Assembly: GCA_963514005.1 (NCBI GenBank)
Contig: OY740783.1
Span: 5,332,001-5,396,000 of the forward strand
Direction: 5' to 3'
DNA length: 64,000 nt
Origin: Raja brachyura
Lineage: Eukaryota
Every line of letters begins with the position of its first letter. Within the stretch, counting starts at the first letter, position 1. The notes beneath the pieces were generated by a model. That model did no database searches and had not been told where the DNA came from. It worked only from the letters and a program-made list of their open reading frames with translations. The position numbers were made by a program, and so were the translations under genes. Positions 1 to 12,904 of this stretch are shown here, piece after piece.

Positions 1-929
1 GGAGTAACTCAGCAGGTGAGGAAGCATCTATGGTCACCTATGAAGGAATGGGTGACTGTTCAGGTCGAGACCCTTCTTCAGACTGACGTTGGGGTGTGCG
101 GGAAAAAGACAAGAAGAGGCAGAGACTGTAGGCTGTGGGAGAGCAGGGAAGGGGAAGGAGGGAGAAACCACTGATATTGAAGAATGGGAAGATGAGGCCA
201 GTGGTGGGATCCCATTGGAGGTGGCAAAGATTTTGGAGGATTATCTGTTGTATGTGACGGCTGGTATGGCAGATGGGGAGGACATGGGGGACTCTGTCCT
301 TGTTACGAGTAGGGGGGTGGGAATAAGACGAGAGCTGTGGGATATAGAGGAGACCATGATAAGAGTGCTGGAGTAACACAGCGGGTCAGGCACCACCTCA
401 GGAGGAAAAGGATGGGTGATATTTTGGGTAAGAACCCTTCTTCCGTTCCATCCCTAAATCTCTTGTTTCTACAGAGATGCTGCCTGACCCACTCAGTTAC
501 TCCAGTAATGTGTCCATCTTTGGTATAAACCAGCATCTACAGGTCTGTTTCGACATTTTACATCAGCCTGATTCAATTTCAGTTGTGATAAGGTTCGGGT
601 ATCATCACTTTAGTAAAGATACATCCTTTTATTCTGACACTGTGCCCTCTGGTCCGAGACTCCCCTGCTAGTAGAAACATCCTTTTAGTTCAGAGATACA
701 GCGCAGAAACAGCCCAATTCCAGTTGCACCAGAAAATATAATCATTGAAAACCCTGGACATTTCAAATGACACAATTGAAAGGAAAAATCAGCAGAATTA
801 ATCAAAGAAGCAAACACAATTCAGGAGAGAGCGATAGTGTTCTCACCAACCTCATGCCCTGGAGATGCAGATCTACATCAGACACAAGGGGAGGTTCCCT
901 GCCTCTACCCTGAGCACTGTTCCCAACAA

Positions 930-1303
930 CAGCCCGGGACCACTGCTTCCATCCACAGCCCAGGACCACTGCTCCCATCCACAGCCCAGGACCACTGCTC
1001 CCATCCGAAGCCCAGGACCACTGCTCCCATCCACAGCCCAGGACCACTGCTCCCATCCACAGCCCAGGACCACTGCTTCCATCCACAGCCCAGGACCACT
1101 GCTTCCATCCACAGCCCAGGACCACTGCTTCCATCCGCAGCACAGGACCACTGTTCCCATCCGCAGCCCAGGACCACTGTTCCCATCCGCAGCCCAGGAC
1201 CACTGCTCCCATCCACAGCCCAGGACCACCGCTCCCATCCACACCCCAGGACCACTGTTCCCATCCGCAGCCCAGGACCACCGTTCCCATCCGCAGCCCA
1301 GGA
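930..1303. repeat. 26-bp minisatellite, ~14-15 copies
   Basis: Unit ccatccacagcccaggaccactgctc; caggacc recurs every 26 nt. Confidence 0.95.
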
Positions 1304-1659
1304 TCACTCACCTGTGTCTCTGGAGCAGAGCCTTTGAACCGAACGCTTCCTCCACAACCAGCGCCGTGAAACTGGGCGAACATTTCTGTGCGGTGATGTC
1401 TACCACTTCCTGTCGGGGACAGAGATCTTGTAACAACTTTATAAAGGATCGGCTCTCCCCTCAACCCCGACGTCCCAGAGAAAGGTGTCTCTGTGACCCT
1501 CTCACCTTCAAGCTGTGCCCTCTAGTCCTGGACATCTCCACCCTGTGGGGAAAAGGTTCTGACTGTCGACCATGTCTACACCTCTGGTCATTTTATAATC
1601 GTCTATCAGCTCTCCCCTCAAACTCCGACGATGCAGAGAAAATATCCCAATCTGTAAAG

Positions 1660-1882
1660 CCTCCCCCTGTAGCTGAACCCTCTAATCCGGGTAAACCTCC
1701 TCTGTATCCTCCCCCTGTAGCTGAACCCTCTAATCCGGGTAAACCTCCTCTGTATCCTCCCCCTGTAGCTGAACCCTCTAATCCGGGTAAACCTCCTCTG
1801 TATCCTCCCCCTGTAGCTGAACCCTCTAATCCGGGTAAACCTCCTCTGTATCCTCCCCCTGTAGCTGAAACCCTCTAATCCC
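1660..1882. repeat. 48-bp tandem repeat (~4.6 copies) inside a decayed minus-strand CR1 fragment
   Basis: Unit cctccccctgtagctgaaccctctaatccgggtaaacctcctctgtat. Confidence 0.92.
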
Positions 1883-2087
1883 GGCAGTGATCTACAAACA
1901 TCTTCTCACCCCCAGAGTCGGGGAATCGAGGACCACAATCCCCACTCCTCCCCTTTCTCTGTCTCTCTCTGTCTCTTTCGCTCTGTCTCTCTTGCTGTGT
2001 CTCTCTCTCGCTGTCTCTCTCCCTCTGTCTCTGTCTCTCTCTCTCTGTCTCTATCCCTCCCTCTCTGTCTCTTTCCCCCTCTCTCTC

Positions 2088-2118
<31 letters not shown>

Positions 2119-2146
2119 ATTTCCCTCTCTCTCTCTGTGTCAGCTG

Positions 2147-2570
2147 CTAACATCGGTGAGACCAAGCGCAGGCTCGGCGATCACTTCACTGAACACCTCC
2201 GCTCGTTCCGCATTAACCAACCTGATCTCCCGGTGGCTCAGCACTTCAACTCCTCCTCCCATTCCCAATCCGACCTTTCTGTCCTGGGCCTCCTCCATGG
2301 CCAGAGTGAGGCCCACCGTAAATTGGAGGAACAGCACCTCATATTTCGCTTGAGCAGTTTACACCCCAGCGGTATGAACATTGACTTCTATAACTTCAGG
2401 TAACCCTTGCTTTCCCCCTCTCTCTATCCCCTCCCCTTTCCCAGTTCTCCCACCAGTCTTATTGTCTCCGACTACATTCTATCTCTGCCGCACCCCCTCC
2501 CCTGACATCAGCCTAAGGGTCTCGACCCGAAACGTCGCCCATTCCTTCTCTCCAGAGATGCTATCTGAGC
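2147..2570 (+). mobile_element. Penelope-like element 3' fragment (GIY-YIG end plus 3' repeat)
   Basis: IGETKRRLGDHFTEH...LEEQHLIFRL..LHP.GMN, near-identical to the end of the 18.1-19.2 kb ORF. Preceded by a (CT)n tract at ~1955-2140. Confidence 0.85.
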
Positions 2571-2671
2571 CCAGGTATTACGGGGAACCCGAGGCAGCAG
2601 CACCTGTGTCAGGGCAGCATATTCCCCTCTCTGATGAGGGAAGCGTATGAGGCCAGTACTATACTGACTCA

Positions 2672-3463
2672 GTGTACGGAGGCACAGCTGGGCTGCATGC
2701 TTCAAGGCATGAGGGCCATACCCCGGGAGTAACCCCGATGGCATCCAAATTTGCCATCCCTGCCCTACCAGGGGAGCCATTGGGAGAAGAACTGGCCATG
2801 AGCATCAATTACCTGGCCTCCCACCAACTCCAAGACCAGGCCATGGAGGAAACTACTGCCAAATACATTACCCCACTGAACTGTGCCTCACTCAATGTCC
2901 TGGCAGTGAACAATTCCATCTGGGGACACATTGGAGGGGGCGTCAGAGCCCAGGAAGTAAAACTTCAAAACGTTTTACAATTACTTGCTTCAAGTATCAC
3001 GGCCTTTGCCAGGCCAGTGGATGGGGTGCCCCTCTCTGATACCCAGCAGGATGCCATGGCATTAATGTGCAATGCACATTTTGAAATCAATTGCCTCCAG
3101 AAGAATGCCATCCGTCCTGCTCTGAACCCGAAATTTGCAGGGTTGTGCAAGCTGGGGAATGTGCAACCCCTAAACCTACTATTCGGGGAAGACCTGCCTA
3201 AGCAGGTAAAGGGAATGGATGAGCAGGCTAAAACCGTTGGCCTTATCAAGGCACCTCCTAGGATATCATCTCTCTGGCGACAGTACGCCTACCCTCCTCC
3301 CCACACCAAACGGTCTGCCAGATATGGTGGACGTCATGAGCAGCAGGCACAGAGGCCTTTTTTTGGGCAGAGCCCAAGCTGGGCCATGTTCAAGATGTGC
3401 GCATGGCGCTCTCCAACAGCCCTACCCTCCAGATCTCGGGGGCAGAAGCCATACCGCCGATAA
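2672..3463 (+). pseudogene. DIRS gag-like ORF1
   Basis: 263-aa ORF directly upstream of the DIRS RT, with an LLFGEDL motif typical of DIRS ORF1 ends. Confidence 0.65.
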
Positions 3464-3679
3464 GCACTAAGTGAGTCCGGTTGTTTGCGTAACATATCTT
3501 TGATGGATTAGTTACAAGTTGGGGGTAGACTACAGTTTTTCTTACATGAATGGCATTGAATAACATCTGACCCATTTATACTGCGCAGTATACAAGGTTT
3601 TCAAATTGAGTTCCTTTTCGACTCTTCACCCAGTCAGCATACACCGAGCCGCACTTTTCTTCTTTCACAACAGGAGTGT

Positions 3680-4291
3680 GTGAGTGCACAATGGGAAATT
3701 GAGTCTTTACTCAAGAAAGGGGTAATTGAGAGGTCGAGTCATGAGCCTCACCAGTTTGTGTCCAATATATTTACTAGGAAGGATGGAGGATGTCGAATCA
3801 TTCTTGATTTAACTGAGCTTAACAACTTTGTGCAGTATAAACACTTCAAAATGGAAAACGTTGTCACTGCCAAACAACTGGTTTCCAAAGGATGTTACAT
3901 GGCATGCATTGACCTCAAAGATGCTTACTATTCAGTGGCCATTCATGAAGACCACAGGAGATATTTGAAGTTTAGCTGGATGGAGCAATTGTGGCAGTTT
4001 AAAGCATTGCCTAATGGGTTAATCTCAGCACCCAGACTATTCACAAAATTGCTGAAACCAGTCCTGGAGCTACTCAGGGCACAGAATCATATAGTCATGG
4101 CATATTTGGATGACATCTTAATCATTGGGAAGACTTTGGAATTAGCTGAATTATCTGTGTCAGCTACCAAACTCATGTTTGAGAGACTGGGGTTTCCAAT
4201 CCATTCAGTTAAGTCTAAATTGGTATCATCTAGGATAATTGATTATTTGGGATTTACCATTAACTCAATGCAAATTGGGGCAAGCAATTAG
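3680..4291 (+). pseudogene. DIRS reverse transcriptase domain
   Basis: Motifs KDGGCRIILDL..LN, HFKME, IDLKDAYY, FKALPNGL..APRLFTK, YLDD and YLG. Frameshifted downstream. Confidence 0.92.
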
Positions 4292-4699
4292 AGTTAATCG
4301 AAGCCTGCAGAAACCTCGTTGTTAAGAACCAACCTTCTATTAGACATGTGGCTAGTATAATTGACAAATTAGTGGCTGCTTTCCCAGCTGCTCAGTTCGG
4401 ACCTTTGCACTACCAAAATTTACAGCGCGCAAAGGAGCAGGCACTCAAGCTTCATAGAGGTTGCTTCGATAGACCTATGCAGTTGCCAGCTGAAGCCAAT
4501 GCTGAGATACAATGGTGGGTTACCAATATTTAGTAGTGTTCTAGTACTATTTTAGTTGATACACCATAAGTTATCCTGCAAACTGAAGCCAGTGCGCTAG
4601 GTTGGGGTGCTATCAACACCACCTCTAGCTCCGGGAGCAGATGGAATCTGCAGGAATCATCAATGCTTCAGTCACATGGTATTAACTACTTAGAATTGT

Positions 4700-5015
4700 T
4701 AGAAACATAGAAACATAGAAAATAGGTGCAGGAGTAGGCCATTCGGCCCTTCGAGCCTGCACCGCCATTCAATGTGATCATGGCTGATCATCCAACTCAG
4801 TATCCCGTACCTGCCTTCTCTCCATACCCCCTGATCCCTTTAGCCACAAGTGCCACATCTAACGCCCTCTTAAATATAGCCAATGAACTGGCCTCAACTA
4901 CCTTCTGTGGCAGAGAATTCCAGAGACTCACCACTCTCTGTGTAAAGAATGTTTTCCTCATTTCGGTCCTAAAGGAATTCCCCCTTATCCTTAGACTGTG
5001 ACCCCTTGTTCTGGA
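4700..5015 (-). mobile_element. CR1 3' fragment inserted in the DIRS RNase H
   Basis: (agaaacat)n tail plus the CR1 3' UTR shared with many copies in the window. Confidence 0.85.
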
Positions 5016-5391
5016 ACACTTGTTCTGTTGGGAGCACTCTATGGGTTAAAGACTTATTGTACCTATATGCATCATGTGTATGTTCAACTTCAGATTGACA
5101 ACACTACAGCAGTACCGTACATTAATCACATGGGTGGAAGTAAATCTGTATCCTGTGATAAATTGTCTAATCTCATTTGGCACTGGTGTATTACGAGAAA
5201 CATCTGGGTTTCAGCTATCTACTTACCAGGTAGATATAACATGGTGGCAGACACCAGGTCACGACAATTCAATGACAACAAGTAATGGATGTTGAATTAC
5301 GAAGTGTTTAATGACATTGTCATTCGTTATTTACAAATTAGCCAGAAAAAGCAGAGTCCAGCAGATGAGGACAAAGGGCTTAATTAGGAAA

Positions 5392-6965
5392 GTCAAAGTC
5401 AAAGTCAAACAAACTTTATTGTCATTTAGAAATACATCGATATATGCAATTCCAAATGAAATTCCATTGCATTTGGCTCCCTGTGCAACACGTTAATTAA
5501 CAAAAGGGTAAAATGGAAAAAAATGGATAAATGGATAAAAGGATAAAATAGACAATGGTGGCAGCCCATTACATGGCATTCAGGAGTCTGATGGCTCGTG
5601 GGAAGAAGCTGTTGCAGAACCTTGATGTTCTTCTCCTTATGCTACGATATCTTTTGCCCGAGGGCAGCAGAGTGAACAGTCCGTGATGGAGATGTGTGGG
5701 TCTTTTATAATACTGCTGGCCTTAGCATGCAACGTTTGGTCGCAATATCCCAGATTGAGGGGAGAGAAGTCCCAATTATTTTTTCCGCTGTCCTCACCAC
5801 TCTCTGCACGGACTTCCAGTCGGAGGCTTTACAGTCCCCAAACCAGACAGAGATACAGCTGGTCAAAATACTCTCTATGGTGCCCCTGTAGAAAGTAGTG
5901 AGGATGGGATGGGGGAAGTGAGCTCTTCTCATCCGGCGCAGAAAGTGCAACCACTGTGCTTAAGTGCGCTCTCTTAACTGTTGATGAGATGTTATTTGAC
6001 CAGGTCAGACTGTTAGTGATCTGCACCCCCAGGAACTTAGTGCTACTGACCACCTCCACATCACTGTCATTGATGTGAAGTGGTGTGGGACTATGCCGGT
6101 TTTTCCTGAAGTCGACGATGACCTCCTTTGTTTTTTTGATATTCAGGGTCAGGTTGTTCGTATTGCACCAGTCCCCCAGTTGTTTCACCTCCTCCCTGTA
6201 AGCCAGCTCATTGTCGTCCTGGATGAGGCGCACCACTGTTGTATCATCTGCGTACTTCATGATGTGGTTTGCACTAAACCTGGCACAACAGTCGTGGGTC
6301 ATCAGGGTAAACAGCAGTGGACTCAGGACACAGCCCTGTGGGGAGCCGGTGCTCAGAGAGATGATGTTAGAGGTGTTATTTCCAACCCTCACTGACTGGC
6401 GTCTGTCAGTGAGGAAGTCCAGTAGCCAGTTACACATGGCGGTGCTGAGGCCCAATGGAACCAGTTTGCTTATCAGGTGCTGAGGGATAATTGTGTTGAA
6501 TGCTGAACTAAAATCCACAAACAGCATTCGCACATAAGTGTTCTTCTCCTCTAGATGTTCCAGGCTCAGATGGAGTACGGAGGATATAGCGTCCTCTATG
6601 GAGCGGTTTGGCCTGTAAGCAAACTGGTATGGGTCAAGTGTGGAGGGGAGTCTGGAGGTAATGTGGTCCCTGACCAGCCTCTCGAAGCACTTCATCATTA
6701 TGGGAGTGAGTGCTACAGGGCGGTAGTCGTTGAGATATTGTATATTGGATTTTTTGGCACTGGTATGATGGTGGCAGTCTTGAAACACAATGGGACAACA
6801 GCCTGGTTCAGCGAGGTGTTAAAGGACATGTGCCAGCTGATCAGCACATTTCCTGAGCACCCGCCCTCGTATGTTATCAGGGCTTGCCGCCTTTCGTGCG
6901 TTCACTCCTTTTAGGGTCCTCCGGACATCCACCATGTCAAGACTGAGTGCCTCTTCATCACAGTG
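5392..6965 (-). mobile_element. Rex1/Babar-like non-LTR retrotransposon, 5' truncated
   Basis: ORF 5829-6788 has [38 protein letters not shown] and YADD, followed by a (tttgac)n 3' tail. Confidence 0.82.
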
Positions 6966-7300
6966 AGGAACTCAGTGAGAAAGGGAAAATAGATTATGAA
7001 AGAGAACTGGCAAGGAACATAAAAACTGACTGCAAAAGTTTTTATAGATGTGAAGAGAAAAAGGTTAGTTAAAACAAATGTAGGTCCCTTGCAGTCAGAA
7101 ACTGGTGAATTGATCATGGGGAACAAGGACATGGCAGACCAATTGGATAACTACTTTGGTTCTGTCTTCACTAAGGAAGACATAAATAATCTGCTGGAAA
7201 TATCAGGGGACCGGGGGTCAAATGAGATGGAGGAACTGAGTCAAATCCAGCTTAGCCGGGAAGTGGTGTTAGGTAAATTGAATGGATTAAAGGCCGATAA

Positions 7301-8690
7301 CCATATAACCATATAACAATTACAGCACGGAAACACACCCTCTCAGCCCTTCCAGTCCGTGCCAACAATTTAGTTTCCCCTAGTCCCATCTACCTGCACT
7401 CAGACCATACTCCTCAATTCCCTTCCCGCCCATATACCTATCCACTTTACTTTTAAATGTTAAAATCGATCCTGCCTCCACCACTTCTGCTGGAAGCTCA
7501 TCTCACACAGCCACCACTCTCTGAGTAAAGAAGTTCCCCCTCATGTTACCCCTAAACTTCTGTCCCTTAATTCTCATGGGAAAAGCTTATCCACGACAAC
7601 TCTGTCTATCCCTTTCATCATTTTAAAGACCTCAATCAAGTCCCCCATTAACCTTCTGCACTCCAAACAATAAAGACCTAACTAGTTCAACCTTTCTCTG
7701 TAACTTAGTTGCTGGAACTCAGGCAACATTCTAGTAAATCTCCTCTGTACTCTCTCTATTTTGTTGACATCCTTCCTATAATTAGGCGACCAAAATTGTA
7801 CACCATACTCCAGAATTGGTCTTACCAATGCCTTGTACAATTTTAACATTACTTCCCAACTCCTATATTCAATGCTCTGATTTATAAAGGCCAGCACACC
7901 AAAAGCTTTCTTTACCACCCTATCTACATGCGATTCCACCTTCAGGGAACTATGCACAGATATTCCTAGATCCCTCTGTTCCACAGCATTCCTCAATTCC
8001 CTACCATTTACCATGTACGTCCTATTTTGATTTGTCCTGCCAAGATGTAGCACTTCACACTTATCAGCATTAAACTCCATCTTTCAGCCCACTTTTCCAA
8101 ATGGCCCAAATTCTCTGTAGACTTTGAAAATCTACTTCATTATCCACAACACCACCTATCTTAGTATCATCTGCATACTTACTTATCCAATTTTCCACCC
8201 CATCATCCAGATCATTGATGTTCATGACAAAGAACAGTGGACCCAACACAGATCCCTGAGGCACCCCACTGGTCACCGGCTTCCAACCTGACAAAAAGCC
8301 ATCCACCATCTCTCTGACATCTTCCATTCAGCCACTGTTGAATCCATCTTGCTACTCCACCATTAACACCCAAAGATTGAACCTTCTTAACAAACTTTCC
8401 ATGGGGAACCTTGTCAAAGGCATCACTGAAATCCATATAGACAACATCCACTGCTTTACCCTCATCAATTTCCCTAGTAAACGCTTCAAAAAATTCAAGG
8501 TTTGTCAAACATGACCATCCAGGCACAAATCCATGTTGACTGTTCCTGATCAGACCCTGTTTATCCAGATGCTTATATATATTATCTCTAAGTATGCTTT
8601 CCATTAATTTGCCCACCACTGACGTCAAACTAACAGGACTATAATTGCTAGGTTTATTCTTTGAACCCTTTTTAAACACTAGAACAACAT
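7301..8690 (-). mobile_element. CR1 LINE (second subfamily, (ttatatgg)n tail)
   Basis: RT ORFs 8212-8712, 8070-8327 and 7682-8080; closely related to the plus-strand copy at 54175-55490. Confidence 0.88.
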
Positions 8691-9542
8691 CCCCAGGATA
8701 AATCCAGAACAATGGAACAACATCCCCAGGATAATTGGATAAATCCCCAGTGCAAAGATGTGCTGCATCCCAGAGTACTTAAGGAAGTAGCCCCAGAAAT
8801 AGTGGATGCATTAGTGATAATTTTTCAAACCTCTTTAGATTCTGGATTAGTTCCTGAGGATTGGAGGGTAGCTAATGTAACCCCACTTTTTAAAAAAGGA
8901 GGGAGAGAGAAAACGGGGAATTACAGATCAGTTAGGCTAACATCGGTAGTGGGGAAAATGCTAGAGTCAGTTATTAAAGATGGGATAGCAGCACATTTGG
9001 AAAGTGGTGAAATCATTGGACAAAATCAGCATGGATTTATGAAAGGTAAATCATGTCTGACAAATCTTATAGACTTTTTCGAGCACGTAACTAGTAGAGT
9101 GGATAAGGGAGAACCTGTGGATGTGTTATATCTCGACTTTCAGAAGGCTTTCGACAAGGTCCCACATAAGAGATTAGTATACAAACGTAAGGCACATGGT
9201 ATTGGGGGTTCAGCATTGATGTGGATAGAGAACTGGCTGGCAGACAGGAAGCAAAGAGTAGGAGTAAACGGGTTATTTTCAGACTGACAGGCAGTGACTA
9301 GTGGGGTACCGCAAGGCTCAATGCTGGGACCCCAGCTATTTACAATATATATTAATGATCTGGATGAGGGAATTCAATGTAACATCTCCAGGTTTGCGGA
9401 TGACATGAAGCTGGGAGGAAGTGTTAGCTGTGAGGAGGATGCTAGGAGGCTGCAAGGTGACTTGGATGGGTTGGGCGATTGGGCAAATGCATGGCAGATG
9501 CAGCATAATGTGGATAAATGTGAGGATATCCACTTTGGTGGC

Positions 9543-10115
9543 TGTTAGGTACTTCCCCTCCCCCCCTGGGGAATGCGATGTACTTACCTTTCTGTTTCTC
9601 AGCAGGCCGTGGCTGGGAGCCAGGAATCAAGGGGTTAAGAGCTTCTGTACCTGATTGGCCAAGCTACATCAGGTGACTCATCGGTAGCTTAAAAGGCAGA
9701 AAATCCCAGAATTCTCTCTCTTCATGCTAGATCCCTGAAGGAAGAGGTGCCGGTCTGAGCTGCAGGAGGCCTGGCCGCATGGCACAGCACTTTATATATT
9801 TGTTGCATATGTTTGCAAATTAATGTTGTATTGGGACGGAAGGGATGACCTGAGAGTTTTCGGGTATTTTTGGTTGCAGGGTTATGTCTATATAGGCAAG
9901 ATTAGAGTCTTCAGTCCAACGGCCCATTGAGAGGCTGGCTGGAGCACACTTATATTTTTTGTTAGCCGATTCTGGTCCCTAACCGTGGTGTTTAAATCGG
10001 CTTCAGGTTTTGTCTTACTTTAACACAATTAAAGACTGTTTTTTTAATCTTCAACTTGACCCTGGTTTTGATTTGTTACGCGACTCTGAGGAACCTGCCT
10101 TCGGGAGTCGTAACA
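9543..10115. mobile_element. Solo LTR (573 bp) with 5-bp target-site duplication
   Basis: TGTTA...TAACA termini with GTGGC on both sides (9538-9542 and 10116-10120), splitting the CR1 sequence ggtggc|aaaaac. Confidence 0.85.
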
Positions 10116-10901
10116 GTGGCAAAAACAGAAAAGTAGACTATTATCTGAATGGTGGCTGATTAGGAAAAGGGGAGATGCAACGAGACCTGGGTGTCATTGT
10201 ACACCAGTCATTTAAAGTATGCATTCAGGTGCTGCAGGCAGTGAAGAAAGCGAATGGTATGTTGGCATTCATAGCGAAAGGATTTGAGTACAAGAGCAGG
10301 GAGGTTCTACTGCACTTGTACAGGGTCTTGGTGAGGCCACACCTGGAGTATTGCATACAGTTTTGGTCTCCTAATCTGAGGAAAGACATTCTTGCCATAG
10401 AGGGAGTGCAGAGAAGGTTCACCAGACTGATTCCTGGGATGGCAGGACTTCCATATGAAGAAACACTGGATAGACGCGGCTTGTACTCGCTGGAATTTAG
10501 AAGATTGAGGGAGGATCTTATAGAGACTTACAAAATTCTTAAGGGGTTGGACAGGCTAGATGCAGGAAGATTGTTCCCGATGTTGGGGAAGTCCAAAACA
10601 AGGGGGTCACAATTTAAGGATAAGGGGGAATTCCTTTAGGACCGAGATGAAGAAAACATGTTTCACACAGAGAGTGGTGAGTGTCTGGAATTCTCTGTCA
10701 CAGAAGGTAGTTGAGGGCAGTTCATTGGCTATATTTAAGAGGGAGTTCGATGTGGCCCTTGTGGCTAAAGGGATCAGGGGGTATGGAGAGAAGGCAGGTA
10801 CAGGATACTGAGTTGGATGATCAGCCATAATCATATTGAATGGCGGTGCAGGCTCGATTGGCCTACTCCTGCACCTATTTTCTATGTTTCTATGTTTCTA
10901 T

Positions 10902-11275
10902 GTTATGGTGTACCGGACATTGATCTGTTTGCATCCAGGTTTAATCATCAGTTACCAAATTACGTGTCATGGGAGCCAGACCTAGGGGCAGTAGCAGTTG
11001 ATGCATTCTCGCTACACTGGGGTGGAAAATATTTATATGTATTTCCCCCATTCTGCCTCATCAGTCGATGCTTGGCCAAGATCAAGCAAGACTCCACTTC
11101 TGGCATATTAGTAGTACCAGACTGGCCGACTCAGCATTGGTTCCCACTCATCCGAGCTATAATTACACAGCCTTTTATGGCTCTCCCCAAGAGCAGAAAT
11201 CTGCTGGTACACCCTGTGACAGGGGAAAGCCATCCTCTTCATGACCGTATAAATGTATTGGTTTGCCGATTCTGA
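10902..11275 (+). pseudogene. DIRS adenine-methyltransferase-like domain
   Basis: DIDLFAS...DAFS..W...YVFPPF...VPDWP.Q.WFP, the MT domain pattern of DIRS1 pol C-termini. Confidence 0.8.
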
Positions 11276-12250
11276 GGAGACCGTTCCTGGGGCTCGGGCT
11301 TTCAGAGCATACGATAGATGTGATCACTGCGGCCTGGAGGAAGAGCACCCAAAAACAGTACCTCACTCACATAAGGAAATGGGAGATGTACTGTTCTCTC
11401 TCAAAAATTTCATATGACACGGCTTCCATCACGGATGTTTTGGAGTTTCTTTCATCACTTTTCTATGATCAGAAGCTCAGTTACAGTGCCATAAATAGTG
11501 CTAGGAGCGCTTTGTCATCTTATTTATGGCTGGGGTCAGGGAATCACACTGTAGGATCTCATCCCTTAAAAACTAAATTAATGAAGGGCATTTTTAACTC
11601 TACTCCCCCTTGGCCTACATATTCACAGATATGGGATGTGAGCGTGGTTCTTACGCTGCTCCGTCAGTGGGCACCAGCTTCATCCCTGTCTCTGTATTAT
11701 CTCACACTCAAGGTAGTCATGCTCATCACGCTGGCCTCAGCTCAACGGGTCCAGACATTACATAAACTTAGACTGGACAGCAATGTTACAACTTGTGACC
11801 ACATCACCTTTTTTGTTCATGATCTCATTAAGCAGAGCAGGCCGGGGATATTGGGGCTAGAATTGAGTTTTATGGCTTACTCCTTAGACCTATGATTGTG
11901 TGTGGTATTTCACATATTACAATACGTTAAGGTCACTAAGAGCCTCTGAGGCTCGGAACTATCCTTATTCATCAGCTACACCAAACCTCATAGGAAGGTT
12001 ACAGTGCAGACCATCTCAAAATGGATTAAACAGGTTCTGGCATGTGCAGGAGTGAACACAATTCTGCACATGCACAGACACTTTTAAACCTCATTCCACC
12101 AGGGTTGCATCGACGTCATCAGCAAGGTATATGGGCGTCCCTCTCGACCACATTCTAGCGGCTGCGGGATGGTCTAATGAGCGGACGTAGCAAAGGTTTT
12201 ATAACAAACCTATCGCCAGACCGGGGACTTTTGGTAATTCTGTTTTAAGT
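11263..12250 (+). pseudogene. DIRS tyrosine recombinase ORF (stops and frameshifts after 11895)
   Basis: AWRKSTQKQY, SYSAINSARSALS, WDVSVVL, ASAQRVQ (catalytic Arg region), and a later FKPHSTR. Confidence 0.88.
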
Positions 12251-12471
12251 TCTGTTTCACACTTTCCCCCTGGGTCAGAGGGGTCATTGTTAATTTTCTT
12301 TTCGCTATTAAAGCATTAGCATTTGTATCCAGGTCATGTTTGAATGCATTCATTCTTTCTCACTCATCCTGGTCAATTGACGCAGTGTGTGACGCATGGA
12401 CTAGTTTCCACGGCATGAAATCACAGAGCTTCAAAATCTTCACGTAGTCACTCACGTGACTCCGAAGTAAA

Positions 12472-12773
12472 ATAGTAAGATTAAACGAGAACTTACCAGT
12501 TTGAAGTTTGATCTTTATTTTATGAGGCGTTACGATGAACGATTGCGTGCCCTCCGCTCCCGACCCTCGTAACATAAAGATCTTTCTGGAAGTTCTAGTC
12601 AGCTCAAATATTACTATTTTAGTTCAACAACTGTTCTTCTGTGATTTCACATCGCTGCTTTGAAGATTGACGAGCATGCGGGTTGACGACCTTCTTCACG
12701 TAATCGCTCATCGTAACTCCTCATGACATAAAGATCAAACTTCAAACTGGTAAGTTTTTGTTTAATCTTACTA
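12472..12773. repeat. DIRS 3' inverted repeat / internal complementary region
   Basis: 12472-12549 is the reverse complement of 12697-12773 (core acttaccagtttgaagtttgatcttta). Confidence 0.8.
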
Positions 12774-12904
12774 ATATGTGGTACAAATCCGAATGCATTT
12801 TCCATGTCCAAAAACGCTACATTCCAACATCTTCTCTCAAGCATGACAGTCTGAATCTGGTGCCATAACTGTTCAAAACTGTGTTCAAACAGAATCAGGT
12901 TTTG

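Larger units (their letters stand above)
5333..10900 (+). mobile_element. CR1 LINE inserted in the DIRS pol, itself split by three insertions
   Basis: Collinear CR1 ORF2 pieces at 5333-5390, 6980-7300, 8737-9542 and 10116-10900 (GVPQGS, FADD), ending in a (tttctatg)n tail. The DIRS frame ...IVIRY|GVPDIDLFAS rejoins across it. Confidence 0.88.
2570..12775 (+). mobile_element. DIRS1-like tyrosine-recombinase retrotransposon, degenerate and interrupted by nested insertions
   Basis: Order: gag-like ORF (2672-3463), RT (3680-4291), RNase H (~4560-4700 and 5016-5330, DNTTAV.YINHMGG), MTase-like domain (10902-11275), YR (11263-~12250, degenerate HSTR...A.GWS motifs), then terminal inverted repeats. 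Confidence 0.92.

Noticed and set aside
930-1303. CRISPR-like array (also 50310-50808)
   Set aside because: The units are contiguous with no unique spacers, there are no cas genes, and the context is vertebrate.
802-1878. Long ORFs of 144-337 aa
   Set aside because: They are translations of the 26-bp and 48-bp tandem repeats and are open in several frames on both strands.
6959-6990. CACAGTG heptamer outside the Ig cluster
   Set aside because: No nonamer at 12 or 23 spacing; it sits at a LINE junction.
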